NCBI GenBank assembly: GCA_943704425.1
Contig: CALSCP010001613.1
Span: 77,856 to 141,855 of the forward strand
Reading direction: 5' to 3'
Source of the DNA: Ministeria vibrans ATCC 50519
Lineage: Eukaryota > Protista > Filasterea
Length of the DNA stretch: 64,000 bases
Part shown: positions 1 through 11,586 of the stretch, one piece after another
Layout: every line of letters begins with the position of its first letter
Numbering within the stretch: position 1 is the stretch's first letter
Notes under the pieces: generated by a model
Told to the model about the DNA's origin: nothing
Seen by the model: only the letters and a program-made list of their open reading frames with translations
Database searches by the model: none
Program-made: the position numbers and the translations under genes

Positions 1-185
1 TATCATAATATTAGAGTGTACCTTTGAAATGGGCAGAAAATGTATGTGTGGGGGAGAGGAGTCTGGACTCCGGAGTAGAGGGGTAGAGTTTGCGAGTGGA
101 GTGACTAGCTCGAAAACTAAAACTGTGTGTTTGTGAAACTGAATTAATAATTAATTCCTTTAAAATTATTTCTGTCCCTTGCGCC

Positions 186-3100
186 ATGGATGAGCCATCA
201 CTGGCATCTATTCTGCAAGAGGATGATGACTACGACCCGTTTGCCGACGATCTGTTGGTTGCCGATGCCGTTCAAACTCTCGACAGTAAGTCACTCTCTC
301 TCTCTCTCTCTCTCTGTCTGTCTCTCTCTCTGTCTCTCTCTCTCTCTCTTTCTCTCCATCTCGCTCTCCCCTCCCCTCGCTTCAACACGCAGTGTGTCCC
401 CTTCCTCTGCATCTCCCTCACGCCTTCACTCCCTCCCACCCCCACTCACTCCACCACAATCACCCAACGATAGCAACTGCACACTTTGTCGATTTTGACG
501 ATGTGATGACAGCGGACACAGAGCCAACGAATCCACCCAGTGGGTCCGCTCCAGCGACCCCGGTAGCCGCTGCCACGACGGAATTGACGCTGCCCGCCGG
601 CTTTGTTGATCCTCTGGAACATCTCGGTTTGTCCGACGACGAAAACGACGAGTTCCTCCTTGAAGCGTCCATGCTCGCCGACGAGGGCGCCATCGGCGAC
701 GCCGACGAGTTCATCTTCGACGACATTCTGCCTCCTGCCGTCATGCTTGCTTCGGGCGCGCGAAATGACGCCGCTGAGCCGTCCGCGACCCATCACGTCA
801 GTTTTGCTCCTGGTCAACACGAAGAAGGACAACAAGAGGAGCTTGAAGAGCCCAAGGCAGTCGCCGCCGATGACGACCTTGCGATGGCCAGGTCCGTTTT
901 GCACCCCACAAGCATGGTGGCAACGGCCGACGCGCTCGAGAGTGGCATGAGTCTCACAGAGGAGCCAAAGCCAAACCGAACGCCCTCACACAAAGAAGCA
1001 GTAGAAGAAGAGGAGGTAGAACCCACTTCGCGGCCCACCACATCATCTTTGTCGCCCGTTCACTCACCCGTTCTTCTTGTGCGCCACGCTAACAACGCCA
1101 ACAAGACACCCGCGCGCAAAGACACTCCCGCTTCTCCCTCCTCCTCTCCCTCCTCCACCGCCGCCGTGTCTTCCTCTCGTATGTGGGTGCTGGTCAAACC
1201 CGCCTCAGAAGCATCCCCTTCGTCTACGGCTCCCACAACCAAGGCCGCAGCGGGACCCGGCAAGCAACAGGACTCATTTGATGCAGTTGCCAAGGAGCTT
1301 ACAAACTCCTTCCATGTCCACTACATGGGCTCGCGCGACCAACCCCGTCATGTCACCAATCGCCCTGTGCAAACCATCGACATTGCTCCGTCGGACCCCT
1401 CTTCATCGTCGCCCAACGACCCCTCCATCCGCGAACCACTGACTCTTGTTGTGACCTCGTCGCGCGTCTCCCTCTACAACCGTAGTACTCGCGCACTTGT
1501 CGCCAGTCAGTCACTCGCCGACATTCTTTTTTGTGCCCTCGATCGCGAAGACGAAAACGCCTTTGCCTTTGCCACTCCTCCTCTCAGCCAGAGCCAAGCG
1601 GCCCAAGAGAGCGCAGACACAGTGCAAGTACATGAGTTTCGCGGTGAACGTGCGGCCGCCCGTGAAATCACCGGCGCTATCATCTCAGCGCGCAATGCCT
1701 TTGAGAAGCAGCTCAAGCAACAACAGCTGCAGCAACAACAGCAACAACAGCAACAGCGTCCCACCTCGTCCATTGTGAATGCAACCGCCGCTCCCAACAG
1801 CAAGCAAAAGCAGCAGCAGCAGCAGCAGCGTACCGCTCTCACGACAGTCACTGCCGCCGCGGCAGCGGCTGCCTCCGCCAACGCATCTAACGCACTCGAA
1901 CAGGCACCGCTAATTCGTCGTCAGGACCTTCTCATTACTGCAGGGCACATCAGCAATAGCACAACGCGTCGCGACTATGGCTACCCGACCGTTGTTTCGG
2001 TCAGCAATCAATATGTGTTTGTGGGCATGTCGCATGGCGTTGTCATGATTCTCGACGCCCGTCAGAACCCACGCACGGTCATTGGCTCGCAGACGGCCCA
2101 ACTGTACGAGAAGTGCGGGCCCGTCTCGGCACTCATGTGCATGGTGGACAGCAAGGCTTCGGATCTGTGTGGGCGTATGGTGACGGGTCACGCGTCAGGT
2201 CGTGTGTGTCTGTGGGAGTTGGGTACAGGCAAATTGCTCAAGATGATTGGTGAAGTGCAACACAAGGGCGCCATCGTCAATGTGAGCTTTGTCAAGTCGA
2301 TGCTCTTTGCCGGAGATGGTGGTGCGGGCGGAGGATCCTCATTGTCGTCGTCTTCTTCTTCTTCGTCGTCGTCTTCGGGCGATGGGAAGCGGTCCAAGGC
2401 CGGACGTGGGGGTCGGCCCAAGTCGACTGCGTCCTCGTCACAGGTGAGCACGGGTCCCATGCCACCCGTGCTTGTCAGTGACGCCTCGGGCAGCGTGTGG
2501 ATGCATCAACTCAAGAAGACCATGGGAATGTGGGGCCACGATGCGCAGTGCCTCCTCTCGGGCTCGAGCAAGTCACCCGCCTGTGGTGTCTCCGATTTGC
2601 CTTTGCCCACCGAATGCACTCATCCCACTACTCCCTATGGCATTGTGGCGTTGCTTGCCCATGATCGCGTGCGCTTTGTCGAGCTGCAACCCAAGGTGGT
2701 CGTGGCGGCGACTATTAAGAACGACAGCCCCGGCATTAAGTACGACATTCCCGTTGGCTTTGCCGAAGAACAACTCGCGCAGGCCATGGGCTCCAACACG
2801 AACACCACCAACGACGAGACGACCGCCACGACAGACAACTCAAGTGAGACCAGCTCTATGATTAGCATGTCCGATGACCGCCGTGCTCCTCGCGGTGTAC
2901 CACCCCCCATTGCCGTGCTCCCTTGCATGGCCTGGCGCGCCGCTTGTCTCGATCCTTCCGACCGCTCGCTAAACCTCGATCCGGTGCTTTGTGTCGCCTG
3001 GGGTCAACGTCTTCTTGTCCTGCGCGTCTCACACGACCGTCGCTATCACTGCGGCATGGCCTGCATTGTCCCCGAGACCGTTGTTGCCGTCACCTGGTTC

Positions 3101-4923
3101 ACGCATCGCACCTTTTCGGTGCTCACCCTTGACGACAAGTTCACCGTCTGGGACCTGTACACTGCGTCGCGTCTCGAGAGCATCTCCCTCACCGGTGTCC
3201 AACTCCAGTACCTCCGCATCGAACCTCCACCCGGCTGCAACACGCTCATTCCCATCAACCGCCACGCTTTCCAACAACAGCAGCAGCGGCAGCAGCAGTT
3301 GCAAGATCAATCTCTGCCTGGCTCGCCCACGTCGATTCGCTCGCGCTCCGTTGCCCCCACTCCCCCCGCAGTCTCACCTTTGCCACGCAGCTACCACGGT
3401 GTGCTTGCGCCGAGTCGTCGTCGCGGTCAAGTGACCGTGTTGGGTGCCACCAATGTGCTTGTGTTGTCGCTGTACTCATGGAGCGAGCGCATCTCCCACT
3501 TTGTGCATGACACTCGCTTTGTCGAGGCGCTTGCACTTGCCGTCAGTTTCTACCAGGGCACTGCCATGGGCGTGACTGGTCTTACCGAGGACCCTTCGCA
3601 GCGCAAACAGATTGTTCGCGACGAGATTATGGATTTGCTGCTGGCGTATGTGGATCTGACGCTGAGTGAGATTGACGAGTTGTCGCGTCGTCTTGCCACG
3701 TCGGACGTGCCCATGTTGCCGGACGAGGACCCCCACGCGCAGATGAAGACGCTTGCGAGTGTCTGTATGGACACGTGTCTCATTACGGAGAGCACTGCAC
3801 TGCTCTTCTCCGACGTATACGAGCGGTTTGCAGCGGAGGCTGAGGCGCGCGCCTGCTTCATCGAGACGCTCGTGCCGTTTATTCTGCAGGACCGTCTGCG
3901 CACCGTGTCGCCCACCGTCTTCAAGCAGTTTGTAGAGTTCCATGAGGCTAATGGTGAACTGCGCACCGTCGAGCGCTGTCTTGTGCGCATGGACGTGCGC
4001 AACCTGGACCTGCACCAAATGATCACGCTGTGTCGTCGTCACGAGCTCTTTACAGCCCTCGTTTACGTGTACACACGCGGACTCGGTGACTACACGACGC
4101 CCGTCATTGAGCTACTTGACTGGATTGCCAACAGCATGGAGCGTCGGGCCGATCAGGTGCGCGCCGGCGAGTACGTTGAAGGCAAGGGTGGTCTGGCGGA
4201 GCGAGAGAAGGCCGTCGGCTACAAACTCATGCTCTTCCTCTCGTACTGCTTCACTGGACGTGCCTACCCGAACGGCGTACTCGACGCCGAGACGATGCGG
4301 CGCGCCAAATCTGACGTGTACAGCGTTGTGCTAGCCCAGCAACCACTGCCATACGACCGCAAGCGCCAGAACGACCCGACCACTCGCGATTTTCCTTACC
4401 TGCGCATCTTTCTTGAGTTTGACGCACGCGAATTTCTTAATGTACTTGCCCTCGCATTCGAAGACAGCGCACTCGAAGTGCCCCATCAACAGGAGCCCGG
4501 CAAGCAGCGATCCGTGATGCCCACACGACAGCGCATCATTGACATTCTTCTTGTTGCTATGGGAATGGGTATGAGTGTTTGTGAGGGCACAAGGCAAAAA
4601 GAGCCAACGACTCTTACTCTTTTCTTTTTTTTTCTTTTTTTTTCACAAGGTCCTTCTGGAGACGGCTCGCGTTGTTTTTTCAACGAATCACAAGTGGGTG
4701 CGCTTTATTGTTTTATCGGGCGCAAACTGGCCCAGCATCCGCGCTCTGTGATGGTCACACGGACCATTTTCCAAAACATGTTGGTAGGTTTTCAGTGCGT
4801 GCTTGTGTGTGTTTGTGTATGCGCGCGCCTGTGTGTGCGTGTGTGTCAGTCACATATACTCTGAGTATACGTGTTTGATACGTGATATATATATGTTTGT
4901 ATGTGTGTGCGTGTCTGTCTGTC

Positions 4924-4975
<52 letters not shown>

Positions 4976-5643
4976 AGTTTGAAACTAAATACACACAAAT
5001 GTGTGTGCGTGTTGTGGTGTGTCTGTCGAGGCTCACAATCTTGTGAGTGTGCATTTCATCAATGGAGGATATTGGCTTCTGTATGCCACTTACATTTTTC
5101 CCCCTCTGTCTCGCTCTAGCGATATTTAACGGGCTCTCAAGACATGGACACGCGGGAGGAGCGACAGGATGCATTGCTCGAGCTGCTTCACGCAGGAGCC
5201 TTGAAGGACCTGGACGAGACGACTCTTTTGAAGTTGGCTGAAAATGCCAAGTTTTACCAGGTGAGTCCTCATAATAATAATAATTTTCGTGCACTGTATT
5301 AATACCGTTTTTTGTATGTGTTAGGTTCTTGAGCTGCTGTATGGACGAGAGAAGCGCTACGACAAGATTCTGTTCTGTTATTTGCGGGATGACATGATGC
5401 GACGCAAAGCATTGGGGTTTGTCCATCGGGTGTTTAATGACAAGGACCGTTTTACTGACAACGATCGGTACGAGACATATTTATGTGTGAATGACGTTTT
5501 GATAATCATTTTTACGTCTCCCTCCTCTCTCTCTATCACTTTGTTTTTCACTTCGTTTTTTCTCTATTACTTTGTTTTTCTCTCTATCACTTTGTTTCTC
5601 TATCACTTTGTTTCTCTATCACTTTGTTTTTTCTCTCTATCTT

Positions 5644-5677
<34 letters not shown>

Positions 5678-6836
5678 AATAGAATTCTGATTCGAGAGAT
5701 TGCGGTTGAGAATGCGTTTGCTCTGGTATCGTCCGAGGCGCGTTCGGCTGCACCTCTTGTGATGCAAGACATGCCCAAGGAACTAGACAAGATTGTGCTG
5801 GCACTTATGAAGGACCATGCGGTGTGCTACAGTACGACGTGATAAAGAGAGACTTGTTTGTGTTGCCTATTGACACTCATTTGTACCTCTTTGTGTTTTC
5901 AGCGTTTCTCCAGGGAGTGTTTGAGTGGGACGCGCAGGCGCCTGAACGGGGGGCCATTGCCAAGGAAACTATCAAGACGGAGCACCATGAGCTTTTTATT
6001 TCACTCATGTGTGAACGTGAGCCCGCAAAAGTGTACAGTTACCTGAAAAACTCGGATAACTACAGAGCAAAGTACGAAAAAAAAACATGCAATTATGTTT
6101 TTGTTTTTGTTTTTATTTCTTCTTTTGTGTGTGTCTCTGCTTTCTTGTTGTAGAGAAGTTCTCGAAGCGTGCACTGCGCACCGAGTGACGGATGCGATGG
6201 CGTGGCTCATGGAGCAGTTGGGCGACATTTCGGGTGCATTTGCACTTATTGCAGAGACTCTCTTGGTATATCACACAGATAGCACAAGTCACAGAGAATG
6301 AGAATCATGTTGTTTTTGTTTGTTTGTTTTGGGTTTTGTTTTTGTGTGTGTTTAGGTTCGACTTGCGGATATGCAACGAGTGTATCGCGAAGGAGGAGAC
6401 ACTGCCACTGCGTTCAATCGTGTCAAGACCATTCTATTGGTTTCCATTGGGGTAAAAAAAAACTGATTTCAGTGATGCATCCGATTTTTGTGTTTCTGAC
6501 GGCTCTTACTTAGCTGTGTCAACGAAACTCGCTGAAATTGGAAGAGGGTCCGCGCGAAAAAATGTGGTTTAAGCTGTTAGACACATTAGTTGATGCGCAG
6601 CGCAAACTGAAGAAGGTAATTATGATTGATTGAATGGAATTCAACCCACTCATGCACTAAACGTATCCCTTTGTGTGTCTCGACTTCTCTTTTGTGATCA
6701 TGGTGCGCAGCAACCGCCAACAGACGAGAGCAGTGGTGAGGCACTGATGGACGCACTGCGCGAATTGTCCACTATTGTGCTCAACAATCTCACGGGGTCC
6801 GTCTCACTCAAATCAACCATGTTTCATGTCATGCAG

Positions 6837-6931
<95 letters not shown>

Positions 6932-8097
6932 CACAATCACAACAACAAAAACAAAACATGACAATATTAATAATAATATTTACATAATACGAAGAGCTTA
7001 CTCACACACACACACAATCACACAATCACAACAACAAAAACAAAACATGACAATGTCAATAATGATATTTACGTAATACGAAGAGCTTACCCACACACAC
7101 ACACACAATTTGTATGTTTCATTCTTGATAGGATCCCGATTTCTCAACGGGTAAACTAAGTGAGATGAAGGACCTTTTGACGGGGATGCTCGACACATAT
7201 AACTACGAAGCGACACTGCTCAACACAACCAATGCCATTCTGCGCACCGACCTTTTCCGCTCGGCCGGTTGGCTGCGTTTCCATCGCTCAAAGGGTATCG
7301 TAGAGCGTGCGCGAGAAATTGTACTTATTCTCTCGTCTCTTTTCCTTGTTTTATTATAAGGTATTCGTAAGCATGTTTTGGGGGGAGGGACGGCCAAGTC
7401 ACTGTTTGATTTGCTGAGTGGAGCGGATGTTCCACCGCGAGCAGAGGCAGTACTGAGTGAGAAGGGCGGGAGTGGAGGCGGGAAGCGAGGGAAGCGGGAG
7501 AAGCCGGTGATTGTGGTGATGGGGGAGAATGGAGAGCTATTGACCGGAGAGGGAGGAGGAGGTGGGGAAGGGGGAGGAGGGATGGAGGAGGAAGAGGAGG
7601 ATGACGAGGAGGATGAGGAGGAGCGAGTGGCGCGTGTGCAGGCAAACAAGCCTAAGACGATCATGGCGATGATTCGGGCGGGAAGTGAGCGACGAAAGAA
7701 TTTGATGGATCCCGTGGAACGAGTGGCCGAGACTCGCGAGCGCATGCAGAACCGACTGGCCGCCATGACGGTGTACAAGTCATTGTTGGCACAAGATGAA
7801 GAAGATGAGTATGGCTACACTGGAGGCGGTGGTGCGAAGGACGATGGTCTTGGGGCGTGGGGCGGTGGTGGCACAGGGGAGAGTGGCAATGCGAACCTCG
7901 TGTCGCTGTCGCTCGCTCCGCCTCGGGTGCCCATTGAAGACTTTGAGGTGCGCTCTCGTGAGCCAGGCACGTTGCCCGACGATGCAATGTTCTCAGCAAC
8001 ACTTGATCTGCCGTTCACAGCCGCTGCCATTGACGACTATGAGGATGATGGCGAAGAGTTTGACCTTGATGCGTATCTCAAGCAACTCGACATGTAA
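186..8097 (+). CDS. VPS8: Vacuolar protein sorting 8 (CORVET subunit), multi-exon, with an extra N-terminal PTB-like domain
   Basis: Exon 1 runs 186-~285 (GTAAGT donor). The large exon from ~473 to 4568 encodes a WD40-like propeller and the Vps8/clathrin-repeat region (FIETLVPFILQDRL, LDLHQMITLCRRHELFTALVYVYTRGLGDYTTP, KLMLFLSYCFTGRAYP). Many small exons follow at 4650-7295 (GMLDTYNYEATLL), then a last exon 7361-8097. Internal exon edges are approximate. Confidence 0.88.
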
Positions 8098-8416
8098 AAA
8101 TAAAAATTATAATTATTATGATTATTATTGAATGAGCGTATGTGTGTGTGTGTGCAACTAAGCAATACCAGTATGTGTGAAGATAATAAATAGTAAGAGT
8201 CTGCTTGCACTGAGCACAATGTCTGCGCGACAGTCGGAGCAGAGATGATAGATCAAAGAGCGATAAAAATGAGAAAGACAGTGAAGCGCTAGAATTGAGT
8301 TGAGGGCGAGAGGTGAGGTTTTTTCCGTCTGTCAGTGAGTTGGACGAGACTGAAATTGATAATGAATAAAAATTAAAAAATTAAAAAAATTGTCTCTTCT
8401 TACTATACTCGGTAGT

Positions 8417-10114
8417 ATGCCCCGTCGTGGGGACCCCGTTGGACCGCTACCGGTCCCCATTGAAAACTCGCCTTGCTATTTTGATTTGGAGGTCCGTTTT
8501 ACCTTTCGTCGCTCTGTCTCTCTCTCTCTCTCCTCTCTCTCTCCATACACTCTCTTGCCCCACGCACCTCCAACAAGTACTTGCCCACTCTCAACATGCA
8601 CTGGATACGACTGTTCCCCATCGACGCGTCGTCCGCATTGTGTCTCAAGTGAAATGTGTCATCTTCGACATCACATCCAAAAAAAAAAATTCCCCTTTTC
8701 TCGTCTCACTCACTCACTCAGTCTCTCTCTCTGTGGAGCTCTCTTCCACACCCACCCCCTTGTCGTGCGGCAGCATCACTTGTCCTGCCTCCACAACACT
8801 CACAAATGTCTCTACTCCTCGACAGTTCACCTTTCCGCACTCCCAAGTCGAAATCGTCGATGTCGTCCTGCTCCTCCCAAATGCTCTCTTTCTCCTCTTC
8901 CTGGTACGTCTCCCCGCTTCCACTCCTCCCTTTTTCTCCCTCTCCCTCTCTCGAGCGTGCCCTGACCTGTTTCGTAGCTCTTCAATTTTCGTCACTTCAC
9001 TTCTCGACTCAAATCGACCGACTCAGTCGTCATTTCGCTGTTCTTCGCGCTTACCTGTCTCTGTGCGTGCTCGTGTGTTGTGCGAACATCCTACCATATG
9101 GCGATGCGTTTTGAATTCAATGCGAATGAGGTGAGAACCACTTGTGTATATTATTGTGTGCTGTGACTTGCGATCTATAATATAACACGACAAACACCAA
9201 TAGGTCTTCTGGCTTCTCGTGCGCTTCTTCACACTCATGCTGGAAGTGAGTGTCATTGTGTTTGGGTTTCTCTTTGGGCACATTCTCAATTCCCGACGCA
9301 GTGTCAAGCTGACGCTCGCCCTCACCTTTGGTGTGTCGCTCCTCCTCACTGCCATCCAAGGTGTCCTTGATTTCCTTGGACACGCCAGAACCACAACCGG
9401 AGTAAGAAACACATAAAATTATATATATATAAACAAACACCTGAGCACTCATATAATTTTCGTATTTTTAGTCCAATGTCAATTACTCTAAACTTCACGG
9501 GATTTTTCTGTGTCTCACGAGCGTTGTATTCACTTTGGCCTATCTTCTCATTATTCTCATTCCGTTTACTCGTTTAAAACGTCGTTTCCCGAAAGGTACT
9601 AAAATCATTCTTAATATAAATAAGAACATACATAACAGAGCTGTGCTCAATGTCAAAACAGAACAATATACAAAACAGAAAAAAATGAATAATTAACATA
9701 ATTATCATCATTATAATAATTTATTTTCTTTCGTGCTTTATTGCACTAAAACTTTTTATTTCGTATAGTCAAACGGTCATTTTATGGCTATGCAATCTTT
9801 CTGTTTGTGACCAATTTTATTCAGGCGTTGGGCTGCGTTTTGATTTTCGTCAATCAATTTGGCGGTTTATGGTAACACTTTTTTGTTATGATGAATAATA
9901 TAATAATAATCCTCTCTCTATTATAGCCTTGTTGACATTTCAATGTACATTTACTTGGGATTCTTTTCTGTTCTTGTCTATTTCGTTATCCTTCGCGTAA
10001 GTCTTTCTATCACTTTGTTTCTCTCTTCTTTTCTCTCTCTCTCGATCACTGTGTTTCTTTCGCTCTCCCTTTTCTTTCTCCCTCTCTCGATCTTTTTGTT
10101 TCTTCTCTTTCCCT

Positions 10115-10149
<35 letters not shown>

Positions 10150-10158
10150 CACTGTGTT

Positions 10159-10253
<95 letters not shown>

Positions 10254-10277
10254 CACTGTGTTTCTTTCCCTTTCCCT

Positions 10278-10316
<39 letters not shown>

Positions 10317-11236
10317 CACTGTGCTTCTTTCTCTTTCCCTCTTTTCTCTCTCTTTATCTCTCTCTCTTTATTTCTCTCATTTTCTTTGCACTATAGGACT
10401 TCTTCAAGATGAACCTGAGCGACATGATTTTCTACGACGACACGAAAGAGTACTCGGAAGGGGCCATCGCCAGCACGACTCAGACTGTCTCGCATGCATC
10501 GGGTGATTTGCTTGTTGCCAATGGCGCTGCTCGTCCCCTGTTGAATCCTGCCGAGCAGAGTGGCGTATACCCGCGCGCCAGTGTTGGTTACTATGGCAAT
10601 CCTTTGGCCAATCAGGTGCATAATAACTTCGCCACACTCACGCGTCGCGACTCTGAAGAGGATTATGAGAATGAATTGGGCGTGGGACCGAATGGGGAGC
10701 GCGAGAGAACCTTTCGGGCATTTTCAAGTGGGAGCGAAACCAAAGCCTTGCTCATCAATCATCAGTATTACGACGGCACGTCAAGTGCAATGCCGGCACA
10801 TGCGACGGCCGAGGCCGATGAATACCGCAGACTGCGCGGCGACAGCATTTCGTCTTTTAATGCGCGTCACACCGCCGACCCGTACGTGTTGGATGATGAT
10901 GTGGCTGCGGCTCAGCTCGCGGCCGCCGCCACCTCGTACACCCACTACCGTCCTGTACGCGGTGTTGACGCCAGCTCGCTGTATGGTAGTCAGCACTCAA
11001 AGTATCACAGCAGTCATCTCGATTCTATGGCCGACACACCTCTCCCCACCAGCACGTCTACCGCCTCCGCCAATATCGAGTCGTCCACCTCCACTGCCAT
11101 CCCTCATCATCATATGATGCCCAGCTCGCTCGATGCGTACATGCGTGCAACCGCAAGCACTGCAGACTCCACTCCTATCATGAGTCCCGTCAAGGGAACT
11201 CCCAGGCGCTCTCCGTCTCCTGATCACTTTGTATAA
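8417..11236 (+). CDS. TPRA1: TPRA1/GPR175-like multi-pass membrane protein, multi-exon, long C-terminal tail
   Basis: Exon translations DVVLLLPNALFLLFL and VFWLLVRFFTLMLEVSVIVFGFLFGH..SRRSVKLTLALT..LTAIQGVLD match remembered TPRA1 transmembrane segments. The last exon is ~10397-11236. The start codon is uncertain. Confidence 0.75.
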
Positions 11237-11586
11237 AATATTATTATCATTATTATTATCATTATAATTATAATTAATTATTATTATTATTATTATTATT
11301 GTAATATTATTATTAATATTTCTTCTTTCATTCAATCCGTCTTGAAGTGGTTACAAGTTGCCTTGATTAAAAATCACAAACGAGTGTGCAGCTTCTTCAA
11401 AAATTGAATTTGTACTAATTTAAATCGACATTAATCCATTGGACAATCATATAATAATAATAATAATATTGTATTGTTTTTTTCTCTTATCGTTGATGGC
11501 ACCAGTAGAAAATGGATGGATATTTTCCAAAACCATGATGTAGAGAGGCGGTTCATGAGAGACAATGAATGAATGTGTATGTCTTA

